From Takakia lepidozioides (taxonomy: Eukaryota > Plantae > Bryophyta), in NCBI GenBank assembly GCA_030704615.1, contig CM060732.1, positions 8,928,001 through 8,992,000 of the forward strand: a stretch of DNA of 64,000 nt, written 5' to 3'. Below are positions 24,138-35,549 of the stretch, in pieces. Position 1 is the stretch's first letter. Each line of letters begins with the position of its first letter. A program made the translations under genes and the position numbers. Under the pieces are notes generated by a model. That model was not told the origin of the DNA. It worked only from the letters and a program-made list of their open reading frames with translations, and did not search any database.

Positions 24138-27100
24138 CACTATGGATGGAATGGTGGAGGTGATATACGAAGTAAGTCGTCCTCATATTTTCCTCTGCTC
24201 ATCCTTCCCCAATTTCTAGTCATCTTTCCACATGGATCCTATGTAATGCTTCTACATGTTTTTCTTGGCAGTCAAACATCAAGCTGGATTTGGCCCATGC
24301 CAAACGCTTCTTCATTGAAAGTGAGGGGCAGACAAAAACATTGCAGTCATTGACCGAGCACTTGAAGAAAGCCGGGGTGAAGTCCAGAACCAAATACAAG
24401 TCAAAGCTTGCGAAGCTGGTGGCCATTGCAGATCCGGCACTTGGAAAGGACTTCATCCCCGAGATTGCAAAACACTATTCTCGGGCCATACAACCGACCA
24501 TGCAGTTGGAGAAACTGCATCACCTCTCAACGGCATGTGTGGAGGCGAAAGAGAAGGTGAGGTTTCAATGCACTGAAGTTCCTTCCTAGCAATAGCCACT
24601 CTTCTTCCTGCTCCTGACATTGGATCGGAAATGGCAAACACGGTGGCTGTCAATCTGGAATGCATCGGAGAGTATAAGGACCATGTGGTCTTTTCCACTC
24701 GAAGTTTCCGACCCTGCAGTGGATGTGTGGCTCAACCGCATGACTTGGTGGTTCCAGGTAATTCAAGGTACTTCCCCCGATTCGCTTTTCTGGAATGAAT
24801 TCCGTGAACTCCTACGTGACAAATGCATGTTGGAAACGCAGGTAATGACGAATGCGAAGGAGCAAGTCATAATGCATAGTGATTCGTTCGGCTTGTACGT
24901 CAAATGGGATGGAACCAGACATTGGAAGACTACGTGACACGTTTCAGATGTGCGTACAAGGACAACCTCTTCGCCAGGGAGCTGCAAACAGCAAGAAGGA
25001 GCGTGGAGTTTACACGCCAGGAGGGGGCGGGAAAAGCTGCAATGCGAATTGTGTACAGGTGAAGCCCACACCCTTGTATGCAAAAGCTGGGTTATGAGGT
25101 TTGTCTGGGAAATGTGGCACCGCATTCGCACTTTATCATTTCGGTTGCACTCTGCGAGTACATTCTCATACTTGTGCTCACGCATGTTGACTGTCTTGCA
25201 GGTATATGAAATACGTGCTACTTAAGACAGGGGCCCTGGCGCAAGAGCCCCCGTTTTCATGGCTTGGACCGTGCCGGACCAAGCTGTGTCTACCACCAGA
25301 GATGCAGAAACAATGGCATGCCGCGCATCTCGTTGGATGCCCGTGGTACCTGGACATGTCTGGCGGACTTGTTGACGAATTGGAGAAAGATCTGCACGCG
25401 AAAGCGGAGGAGAAGAGAAAGGAAAGACGTGTCTGCTGGGCCTGAGTCGGCAAAGAACGCTGCTGCTCTGGAACAATCCAGAAAGGCAGCTGAGATGGCA
25501 CAAAAGACGGTGGATGCAGCTGTGCAGGCTCAACAGAAGGGGTCGAAGAAGAGGACTCGCCAGCAAGGAGAGCAGCAGTTGTGACACCAAGAAACGAAGA
25601 AGAAGAAAAGAAATAGATAGAGCAGGAAGAGGGTGACGAAGAGGACAACGATGGAGACTTTGCAACCAGCCCACCCCCCGAAACGCAGCCAAAATCCCCT
25701 GTGCCCACCGTTGTCACGAGAGGGACGAGAAACAGGCTCAGCCAAGAAGGCACTCTTCAACCCCCGGGGGGCACCCTTTCGAGCCGGTGGAAAAAGAAGA
25801 GGCCAAAAGTGGAGCCAGAAACAGTAGTTCAGTGTGTCAATGAGAGTTTCTTGGCGGCTTGGACGGACGGGCAGCCAAGTTGGCATACATCAAGACCATG
25901 GAGGGTCTGAAGGGCAGAGCACTGAAGAAGGCGGCTGAAGCAGAGCCTTCCGACACCCCTGGGTTTCTGAAGATGGTCTCGTTCTTTGAGAAGGTGTGTG
26001 CAGACAAGGATTGCAGGAGGGGAAAAACCACCGAGTGGTTGCGATATGATCATCTTGGATATTCCGGACGGAGAGCCTGTGGAAGGACTGCAAGCTTTGC
26101 CATCTTGGAACAGGTACTCCGAGGACTTTTGGAAGAAAGGATTCGGGCTCGCCCGCATGGTGTTGGACGACAGAGGCTGTGTGGTTGTCCTGGCGAGCAG
26201 AGGCAAAAAACACGCAGACAGGAATTGCGAAGTGGACCCGCAAGAGCGCCGTCCCAATTCTGAAGAAGAAGTGGACGTGCATCAACATTGGGCCTTCGGT
26301 GAAGGGAAGAAGGTAATTAGGACATTAGCAATCGTCCTTTCATTTTGACCTGTTTTGAAATGCGGTGCCGCATTCGATTTCTAATCGTTCCCCACTGTGT
26401 ATGCAGACGAAGCAGTTCGATGCATACTGCTTGTGAAGGAGAACTCACCTTTGCTTTCCGGAAGGAGGGATTGTTGGTTGACCCGAACTGCGACCCCATC
26501 GATTACGACGTCCTGTTCAACAACGTTCCCACGGAACTCCTCCCCCATAGTCTCACTTCAACGGACCCCTGCGGTATTCACGGACTCGGAGCCCTGCCTT
26601 CATCCAGACAATTATGGAGGCATGCACTGACCTGGAGGGCAGAGTGCTGGACCTCATCTGTGGAACAGGTATGCATCTTGTACTATGCTGTTCTGTGAAT
26701 TCTCATTCTGTTCAATTCGCATGTGTGAAGGGCCATTTTTCAATGAGTGGATGGCATTGTAACAGGTGCCTCAATGTGGGCTGGGCGATTTTCCGACCGG
26801 CACCTCTTTGCCTACGAGGAGGACACATCCGTCTGGGGATCCCATCTGGAAGGGCTTCAACGGAATGTGAAGGCTCCCATCGAAGCCAAAGATTCCTCGG
26901 ATTCGTCGGACTCGGAGGAAGAGACAGTGGACATTGATGCCGAGGAGAACCCGGAATACGAGTGAGTGCAAACATTGTAAGTTTGCAAAGCCTTCTGGGT
27001 GATTTTTTGTCAAACGCATTTCCGACTGTGGTTCTCATTGGTCTCGTGGTGATTGTTATGTGCAGGATTCCAGGATCCGGGTGAAACATGTAGGGCCTAC

Positions 27101-27545
27101 ACTTCCTGCCAGGACGAATGTCCCGTTCTTTGCGAGGGCCGACTTCATGACGAGCCGGTGAAGGACTACTCCCTTCCTAGTTATGCAGCTAAACTCGCAA
27201 ATACAGCGATTAGACGATGTGAGAATCCCAGTAAAGTAGAGCAGATTTTGGAGAGGGCTAGGGAGGACAGAAGGATAAGGAAAGAGTTGGCAGCAGCTGA
27301 GACAGGTAGACGGGTGCGAAAGTTCATATGTGATTCAGCGGATGAGAGCGATGCAGACAGGGAGGACGACGACCCCAACGGAGGTGAGATGGTCGGTTCC
27401 GCAAGGGGAAGATGGGATTTTCGAAAGCCTGGCCAACGAGCAGTCCGCTGGACATGAGAAAGACAATGACGGGGTGGAAGCGGAGCAGGACAGTCAAGGA
27501 CAGGACGACGATAGTGATGATTTTCAAGATTATAGAATTTTAATT
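24138..27545 (+). pseudogene. ParB-methyltransferase fusion gene copy 1, 3' half including the beta-class N4C/N6A MTase-like domain
   Basis: Homologous to copy 2 exon by exon (KYKSKLAKLVAIADPALG, WLNRMTWWF, CPWY, QCVNESFL). Motif IV region CDMIILDIPDG (~26043-26069)..LARMVLDDRGCVVV. Motif X-I FIQTIMEACTDLEGRVLDLICGT[intron 26669-26765]GASMWAGRFSDRHLFAYEED. Acidic tail. Confidence 0.8.
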
Positions 27546-27667
27546 AACTCTCTGTACATTTAAATTCTCTTCCAGAGTATATAAAGGAAATTCTCCCCGT
27601 CCTTCATGTCCCCTCTCCCATGTGCTTCTCAACGACACCATCGTCCAAACCACGTCCCTCCCAAAAT

Positions 27668-28702
27668 CGGAAATGCGGCACCGCATTTCCATGTTGGAAC
27701 GGAAATGTGGCAACTGCAAAAACCTCGTTTGGAAATGCGGCACCGCATTTCCAAAACCGGGGCAAGAACAATTTTCCGTTTCATGGTTTGGACATCAGAA
27801 ACTGTTCGGCCGAACGGAAATGCGTTGCCGCATTTCCGTTTTCGACACGGCAGTTTTGCCGATTGCCAGCTCCTTCCATGGAGGTAAATGGAAATGCACC
27901 CCGCATGCAGAGGTCGAACACGTTATTTAAATGACGTACATGGAAATGCGGCGCCGCATTTCCAGAACGGACATTGTTGTTTGTCCAATTCCAGACCCTT
28001 GGACGGAAATGCGGCACCGCATTCCATTGTCCAATAAGAACTTTCGATTGCCAAACATGGAAATGCGGCGCCGCATTTCCAAAACAGACATTGTTGTTTG
28101 TCCAATTCCAGATTATTCCGTCTTGCTGGACGGAAATGCAGCGCATTCCATTGTCCAATACGAAATTTTGATGACGGACATGGAAATGCGGTGCCGCATT
28201 TCCAGAACGGACATTGTTGATTGTCCAATTGCAGACCCTTTGACGGAAATGCAGCACCGCATTCCATTGTCCAATAAGAAAATATGATGACGGACATGGA
28301 AATGCGGTGCCGCATTTCCAGAACGGACATCGTTGATTGTCCAATTGCAGACCCTTCGACGGAAATGCGGCACCGCATTCCATTGTTCTAGAAGAAAATT
28401 TGATGACGGACATGGAAATGCGGCACCGCATTCCATTGTTCTAGAAGAAAATTTGATGACGGACATGGAAATGCGGTGCCGCATTTCCAGAACGGACATG
28501 GACAAGCATTGGCGATTGGACATGCTTGGAGAATTCAAGGTCCAATATGGAAATGTGGTGCCGCATTTCCAATTCGAAGTATGGTAATGTCATGTCAAGA
28601 AATGAAATGCGGTACAACATTTCCGTTACGACCACAATGGAGGAAAGGGAGCTGCCAGAAATCACTGCATGGAGAAAAATGAAATGCGGTGCCGAATTTC
28701 CG
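27668..28702. repeat. Second outer-MULE array of GGAAATGCGG(YR)CCGCATT(T)CC palindromes, ~118-bp two-motif unit
   Basis: Same palindrome as 19-990 but different linker sequences. Confidence 0.92.
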
Positions 28703-28976
28703 AGCTTTAGCATGTACATGTTTCCTTTTACTGATACATGGATTTCCTTCACCTCAAGACTCTGATATCGCTGACTCTGGTATATTCATGTGGACAGACA
28801 CATTATAGAAATGAGACCACAAATTGTAAACAGTGGGCCAATTACGGCAGTTCTTGAACACAATGAAACAGAGCACACAGAAGTGAGGTACGATGGGTTG
28901 TTTTTTTGATCGAACATGGTGTCTCATATTTAGCAACTCCAAACAAATCTAAGCCCTTCCTCCTTCTACATGGGCG

Positions 28977-29555
28977 TCACCAAGTCGACGGAACTTCGAT
29001 AGCCCTCAAAACAAGCTCATTACTGATGCAGCACCTCGAGGTAAACTGCAATGTGGTCATTCTGGTGCCCTTGGTGGAGCTGACGACAATGTCATGCCCA
29101 TCAATGATACCACCATCATACATTGACAAGGTCATTGTGGGCCTCATGTGCTCGTGCGATTCGTCTTCGCAACTCAGCCGAATGTCTCCATACACTGGAA
29201 GAGCGGAGTGAACTCCACGAATATAGTTTTCCCCGGTGCCGTCCTCCCTGGTCCACTGGCAGCAGTTCCAGCGCCAAAGCGAGGCCGTGCGTGATCTGTC
29301 CGACATCCCATTCCAGCTTGGTATATCGAGGTCAACAATTTTCAGGACCCACGGACCGCATTGACCCTCGCCCTCACCTTGCTCAAAGCGGTAATAGCCC
29401 TCCAAATACTCCATTGCGCGCAAAGACTCCCGCTTGATTCCAGAAGCGTCAGTGAAAACAGAGAGCCAGACAATGATGTCTCCTGATTCTGGTTTGAACA
29501 TAGCATAATCTTGGCCATGATAAGGGCAGTCAGCAGGATTTCGGCGGCACAGCAT
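28977..29555 (-). CDS. Hypothetical 192-aa protein, MULE cargo, paralog A
   Basis: Intact intronless ORF that aligns over its full length to 30112-30675 (DCPY.G.DYAM..SGDI..W, RWNCCQWT, P.YGDIR, DGG.I.GHDIVV, ELV.RA). Confidence 0.8.
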   Translation of the reverse strand: MLCRRNPADCPYHGQDYAMFKPESGDIIVWLSVFTDASGIKRESLRAMEYLEGYYRFEQGEGEGQCGPWVLKIVDLDIPSWNGMSDRSRTASLWRWNCCQWTREDGTGENYIRGVHSALPVYGDIRLSCEDESHEHMRPTMTLSMYDGGIIDGHDIVVSSTKGTRMTTLQFTSRCCISNELVLRAIEVPSTW

Positions 29556-30111
29556 CCTTGAAAAAGATTAGCGGAGTACGCTCAATGACAGTAGCTCCCG
29601 GATGGAGGAGGCAGCAGCGCGGTGGCTGGAAGAAGTTCAAGCAAACGCTGCAATTCCTCACAAACACTCCAGGGCACATTTAAATTTCCCCCCTACAGGA
29701 ACCTGCATGGATGAAGATTGGTTGCTCCATGAATGTAGCCGTTTCAGTTTCCTTCCCTGTCATGCAAACTATGGGCAGTAAGTGCCAGGTGGGCCTATAG
29801 CCACTCGAGACGACAAAGTCCATCCCCCCTTCGATGTAAATGCGGCGTCAAATTTCCATCTGGGGGATGGACTTCGGTGGCAGATTTCAAACTATACCCC
29901 GTGGATGAGAAAGAGGTATCGGTTCATCCACCGCTGGCGTGATGAACACGTTACACGATGATTGGTGGGTACGTGGGACCCAGATGCTCCATTATTGGAG
30001 CCCGCACTGCTCTTCCGCTTCTCATCATTTCGAAAATCTAAGGGCTTCGTTGCTGTCCGCAAGGTCATTGTCATAAGCATCAAAGACGTCCTCAGGTCCT
30101 CCTTTGCAAGG

Positions 30112-30675
30112 ATGCCGTGCTTTCGGAACCGGGACGACTGCCCTTATGGAGGCTTCGATTATGCAATGTATTCGGCCACATCGGGAGACATCGTTATCTG
30201 GTACACAGTTTACACAGAAGATACTGGTTCGAATGTGGAAACATTGTCCGCTTTTGAGTATATCCCAGGCCACTACGCCTTTGAGCGGGGTGACGATCTT
30301 GGTCTGAGGAGTCCGTGGCTCCTGCGCATCCTTGATTCCGATTTTCCTAGCTACGACGGGCACCCATGCAGAAGAATGCGCACTGCTATGCTGTTGCGGT
30401 GGAACTGCTGCCAGTGGACGTGGGTGGACTCCATCGGAGAGACGTATACTCCTGAAGGAGTGCGCTCCTCTTCTCCATTGTATGGGGACATTCGCATTGG
30501 TGTGGAAGACGAAAACGTGAAGTTTTCCATATTCGATGGTGGTATGATTGAAGGGCACGACATTGTGGTGAACATCAACAGGGGCGGTACAACGGCTGCA
30601 ATCCAGTTTACCTGGAGGAGCCCGATGACTCATGAGCTAGTTTTCAGAGCAGTCAAAGTCCCATTGACAACGTGA
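30112..30675 (+). CDS. Hypothetical 187-aa protein, MULE cargo, paralog B
   Basis: Intact ORF from ATG 30112 (MPCFRNRDDCPY), head-to-head with paralog A. Confidence 0.8.
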   Translation: MPCFRNRDDCPYGGFDYAMYSATSGDIVIWYTVYTEDTGSNVETLSAFEYIPGHYAFERGDDLGLRSPWLLRILDSDFPSYDGHPCRRMRTAMLLRWNCCQWTWVDSIGETYTPEGVRSSSPLYGDIRIGVEDENVKFSIFDGGMIEGHDIVVNINRGGTTAAIQFTWRSPMTHELVFRAVKVPLTT

Positions 30676-31119
30676 CTTGTATTCAGAAGGCACAGGGCTA
30701 AAGATTTGTTTGCACAATCAGCACAGTAGACGTGCTTCAAATGCAATTCACGTGGATCAATAAAAACCCCATTGTGCCCTCTTTCTGTTCTATTCTATAT
30801 CCATCGTTCCCAGAATGCATCATTCCTCATTTCGTTTGGGATTGGGAGTGTGGGTGGATTTTGCAAGTGGCTGGTAGGCTGAAATGGGCCCCCATTGTAC
30901 AGAGCAGTACCACCCTACCATTCGCGAAACATTGTCTTTCAATATGTAATTCTAAAAAACATCGCCGAACCTCCTTCATCGGGAGGTCCTTCTCCCCCTA
31001 TGACCGTGACACCCTAAACCCTATTCCTGCGGACACTCATTTCCGGAAAATAGTCCTGCTCATGTTTTTTTCGACACTTACGACTCTGCTCATGGCTCAT
31101 GCTGCTCATGGCTCATGGC

Positions 31120-31138
31120 TCATGAAATAGCAGCCCCC
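31120..31138 (-). repeat. Terminal TIR of outer MULE
   Basis: TCATGAAATAGCAGCCCCC = rc of 3083-3101, preceded by GCTCATG repeats. Confidence 0.85.
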
Positions 31139-31262
31139 CTATTCTACCAATGGTCTCTAAGTTGGAGGATCTCCTCCAATCATTGTATGGGTATTTCTCC
31201 ACCTCTCCCAAGCGTCATCTTGAATTTACTAAGCTCACTAAGATCGCGGAAACAGAAGGACT
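31139..31262 (+). pseudogene. hAT-like (ZNF862-type) transposase fragment, the target of both TE stacks
   Basis: Translates LPMVSKLEDLLQSLYGYFSTSPKRHLEFTKLTKIAETEGL, resembling the Y.YFS.SPKR segment preceding the TRW motif of hAT transposases. Confidence 0.65.
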
Positions 31263-31347
31263 TGTCGTGCACCTAAGCATCGTGCCACAACATACATCAC
31301 TGTCCAACCACACTTCCTAGCATATAGTCCTAGAAAGCCACGCCACA
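31263..31347 (-). repeat. 85-bp TG...CA repeat, duplicate of 31699-31783
   Basis: Near-identical direct repeat. Confidence 0.9.
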
Positions 31348-31348
31348 A

Positions 31349-31696
31349 TGATACAGAATTGGTGAAAAGAGGAGAAACCACTCTATCACGTTATATAAGT
31401 CAAGCCAATGGCACCTTTGCTAAAAGACTCCACCATATAGACCTCACCTACTCTCCATCTCAAGTACTAGAGCTATGGCGGCGAGAGAGGCCTCGAGAGG
31501 CTCGACTAGAAGAAGACGAGCCTGCCTACGTCTCACGTGGAGATAACCTCTCCACGTCCCAAGTGAGGTTCGCCACCTCACTTGGCACATGGAACCAAAT
31601 GAAGTCCCAATGCCAACAAAATACAAATATAAATGTATAATGTCCTAATTAGTTAGAAATAACTATTTCTAACTAATCACAAATAAAACCATGACA
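31349..31696. other. 348-bp TG...CA segment, possibly a solo LTR or the remainder of a longer LTR
   Basis: Begins TGATAC and ends ATGACA. Contains TATA-like and AATAAA motifs and a TTAGTTAGAAAT..ATTTCTAACTAA hairpin. No TSD or partner seen. Confidence 0.35.
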
Positions 31697-31698
31697 GC

Positions 31699-31783
31699 TG
31701 TCGTGCACCTAAGCATCGTGCCACAACATACATCGCTGTCCAACCACACTTCCTAGCATATAGTCCTAGAAAGCCACGCCACA
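31699..31783 (-). repeat. Putative 85-bp 3' LTR of DNMT-Gypsy 1
   Basis: TGTGG...ACGACA on minus, directly after a PPT-like tract. Same length as the equivalent in element 2. Confidence 0.6.
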
Positions 31784-32031
31784 ATCGCCCCCCTAGCTGG
31801 TGATTAGGTCCCTCTAACACCGGATAGCTTGCAAGTATCCACCCCAATAAGATCATCGCTTGGTCTTCAATCGCACAAGTCCCAACACCTGAAGTCGATA
31901 GATCAAGAGGCCGGGTGCAAATGTAGCCCCATCGTTAGTCGCCTTCATACAATCCATGATCTTCAGTTGAGTATCCATGGCATTGAAGCCCCACTAGCTA
32001 GACCTTGGGTCACTTGTCCGCCTCACCATTG

Positions 32032-35000
32032 TCATGCCCATTGCCTCTGTCCAAGGCATCGTGGACACAACCATTCTCCAATAGGCACCTCCTCAAGTGG
32101 CGGTGTCAAGCATCCCATGTGCCACCCCCTTGAGCATTTGTCACACACCAACATGGTTGCGGCGCCACCAGCATGCCCACATAGCATGCAACGCAACCCT
32201 GCAGGTACCACTGCAAGGTTAGGATCTATCATCCCATCCACATGTGGAAGGGGCCATGGCGCACAATTGCACACATGGTCCTTCCATACCATGCCATCTC
32301 GACCCTCCAAAATCAACACTCCTGAAGGCAACACCTCCCTGACCCTTAGAATCACACGTCCTGCGGTGACATCCAAGGTCGTAGGTGCTGTTTGCTGCAG
32401 ATACACATAGTCCCCAGGGTGGAAACGCCAAACACTTGGCCGATATCCCCCTCCACATATAGTGGCGTATCTCAATGTGTCTCGGTGTTGGGCAATAGCA
32501 AGGTTCTCAAAAGCCATAGGCATGACTCTCTTGAACAACTCTGCCCGTTGGGCACATGCTTGTGTCTACACATCCGGATCATCAAGATTGAGAACTATTG
32601 CAGCCTCCCTGCGAATAGGTGCAGGCAAATCCGGCTCTCGGCCGAAGAGAAGAAAGTAAGGTGAGAAGGAGGCAAGTGAAACTTGTTTGCTGAACCTATA
32701 GCCCATAGCTAGCCAAGGCAGTTAAAGGTCCCAATCTCCTAGGTGTCCCTTCTGCAAACCGTACTTGCGCAAACCTCTCTTGACTGTCTGAACAACTCTC
32801 TCCGCCAAGCCATCAGCCTCGGGATGATCCCGAGAAGTAGTGCGGTGATCTATCAAGGCTTGCTCACACAAAGCCTGAAACTCCCCCAAGAACTCTCTCC
32901 CCTGGTCCGTGAGTACCTCGGCTGGAGCACCAAAATGGCTAAGCACTCGATCTAAGAATGCATACGCAGCCCCCTCACTTGCCTTGTCAGGCAATGCCAC
33001 CAGTTCAATCCATTTGGAGAAGTGTTCCACCATCACCAGCACATACTTGTTGTGGCGAATCGTCAATAGCAATGGGCCTGCGAAGTCAAGACTCCAACGA
33101 TAGCCCAAATCCATAATGGGTAAAGGATGCAATTGTGGAGTAGGGGCGTTGAAAGAATCCCGCACTCTATCATACACCATGCACCTTGCCACTAACTGTT
33201 GCACATCCCTATGCATGCCCCGCCACCAATACTGCCCTTGCAGCAAACTATGAGTGCGCCGCACCCCAAAATGTCCCAACTCCTCATGGGCATGGCGTAC
33301 CAATCGCGCTCGTTGTGTTGGATGAGGCACAATCCTCACTCGTCCATCCTCCCATACCCGGAGTATGTGAGTCCCCTCCCACTTGAACCTCTTGGCTCGT
33401 TGTAGGACCCGATCCCTCTCTTTAGCAGTCACACTGGCTACTGTCTCTCCGGTCCGAAGGTATGCCAACACTGTTGCATCTTCATGCACATCCTTAGCAC
33501 TACCAAACTCCTCACTAGTCTCTGGATCATCATGCACGCTATCTACATGACCAATCTCATGGGATGAACCAGCTTGAGCTCCCATTGCTAGAATGCACAA
33601 AAATGCCGATGCATGCCATCCTAGCACCATCTCCTCATCCGTCTCACCATGCCACCGAGCTCCAGTATCATCATGCTCGCTCGTGCATGGATTACAACTC
33701 AATCCATCTGCATCCCGATTGACAATACCGGCTCGATGCACCACCTGGAAGTCGTACTCTTAAAGCATAAGTGCCCACCGTGCAAGCTTCCCTGTAAGCT
33801 TGTCTGACTCCATCAACCACTTCAATGGTTGGTGATCCGTGACAAGGGTGAAGAGATTGCCATAGAGGTAGCATCTGAAATGTGCCACTGCCCATACCGC
33901 AGCTAGACACTCCCCTTTATAGGAACTATACTTCGCCTCGGCATCATTGTTCGAGCGGCTAGCACTACAAACTCTCTTCCCTCATCATCCACCTGAGCAG
34001 TGCTCCAATCCCCAGCATACTCCAATCCGTATGTAGTTGGAAAGGCCGCCCCCGAATAGGCCGCCTCAGAACAGGTGCAGAAGTCAATCAAGCCTTGAGT
34101 TCCTCAAAGGCTTCCTTCTGCTCCTCCTCCCACTGCCACTCCTGATCCACCTTGGTCAACTTGGTAAGAGCCTTTGCAATGCTGCTAAATCCCTGGACAA
34201 ACCGTCGATAGTAGTTTGCCAATCCCATGAAAGCACGAACTTTGCTCACATCCATGGGGCGTGGAATGCATGCAATGGCCTCCACCTTTGTCTGTTGAAC
34301 ACCCAATCCTCCAGGGTATATCATGTGGCCCAGATACTCAATCTGATTGTGGAAGAACTTGCATTTTCCGGGGTGCAGTTTCAACCCGTACGCTCTCAAG
34401 CGCTCAAACACCACCTGAAGGTATCTCTCATGCTCCTCAACCGTAGCACTAAAGATGATGATGTCATCAATATAGCACCGGGCGAAGTCTAGCCCCGCGA
34501 GAATCCTATCCATGACCCTCTGAAACTCTGCAGGAGCATTCTTCAACCCAAATGGTAAGAACCGCCATTGGTACAAACAATCCTTCCCATGTTGGTCAAT
34601 CCCTCAGAATGCAGTCTTTTGCTTATCAGCCTCTTTGATTGGCAACTGGTGGTAACCGGATCGCAAGTCCAATGTGCTAAACACCTTTGCATGCCCAATG
34701 GCATCAGAGATCTCCTCTGGAGTTGGCATGGCATATCTATCGGACTTAGTCTGACTGTTCACAGGACGATAGTCCCCACACATCCTTCTTTCTGTCCAAT
34801 TGCCATAGATATCCTTCTTAGCTGGCATCACCGTTGCCGAGGCATACTCCCCGCCTGACAACTCCACCAATCCAGCTTCGAACAACTCCATAGTCCATGA
34901 CTGGATCAATGACCTCTCCATGTCACTATACCGGTAGGGCCTTCGAAAGATTGGCGTGTCACTTGCCAAATCAATACGAATCTCCTGACCCTTCAAACTC

Positions 35001-35060
35001 CCCAAATCTTTCAATCCGAAGGCAAAGCAATTCCTATAAGCCCTTAGAAATCGCTGGATC
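32032..35060 (-). pseudogene. pol: DNMT-Gypsy 1 pol: RT, RNase H, integrase, C-terminal PHD finger
   Basis: [29 protein letters not shown]; HEELGHFG, WSLDFAGP, VLTDQGREF, GLAER; CMLC..VCDKC..WHMGC..WLCPRC. Confidence 0.93.
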
Positions 35061-35549
35061 CTCCGGCTCTCTCCTCCGGTGACTGTAGGTCCAACATCTG
35101 GTTCCCAATTGTCCTCAGTGACTGCAACCTTGGGTACACCAGGCTTGGAGGTAGGAGATGAATCCTTTGGTTGCTTGATAGCAACCTCTTGGGCCTTGTC
35201 CGCCCAATCTGACTATGGCGTAGCCTCCACTTGCTCCGCCATAGCCACCTTGAGAACATCCTCTGAGCAAAAAACATTCTCAACCTCTTCAAAAACCTTG
35301 GCCACCTTGGCCTCCAACTGATCCTTAGTCCATGGCTCTCCCCACTCCTCATACTGCTGCTTGAGAGATCCAATGACTCTCTCTTTGCGTATCTCATCCC
35401 ACATCTGCCATGGGTGTTTGCAACCCACGATCCTGTGCTCGTCCCCACTCACTGCCTCAACCGTCCCGGTTGGCAGGGAGGATGCACCATCCAATGGGAG
35501 TGTAGAAGTAGCCATCAATGCTTGCAATCTCCATTGCTCAGCCATGCAC

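Larger units (their letters stand above)
1..31138 (-). mobile_element. Outer giant Mutator-like (MULE) DNA transposon, partial (other end and transposase presumably upstream of the window)
   Basis: Terminus 31120-31138 is the exact reverse complement (19/19) of the inner MULE terminus GGGGGCTGCTATTTCATGA. It has the same architecture as the inner element in inverted orientation (palindrome array, then ParB-MTase gene pointing to this terminus). hAT coding sequence begins immediately after it. Confidence 0.75.
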
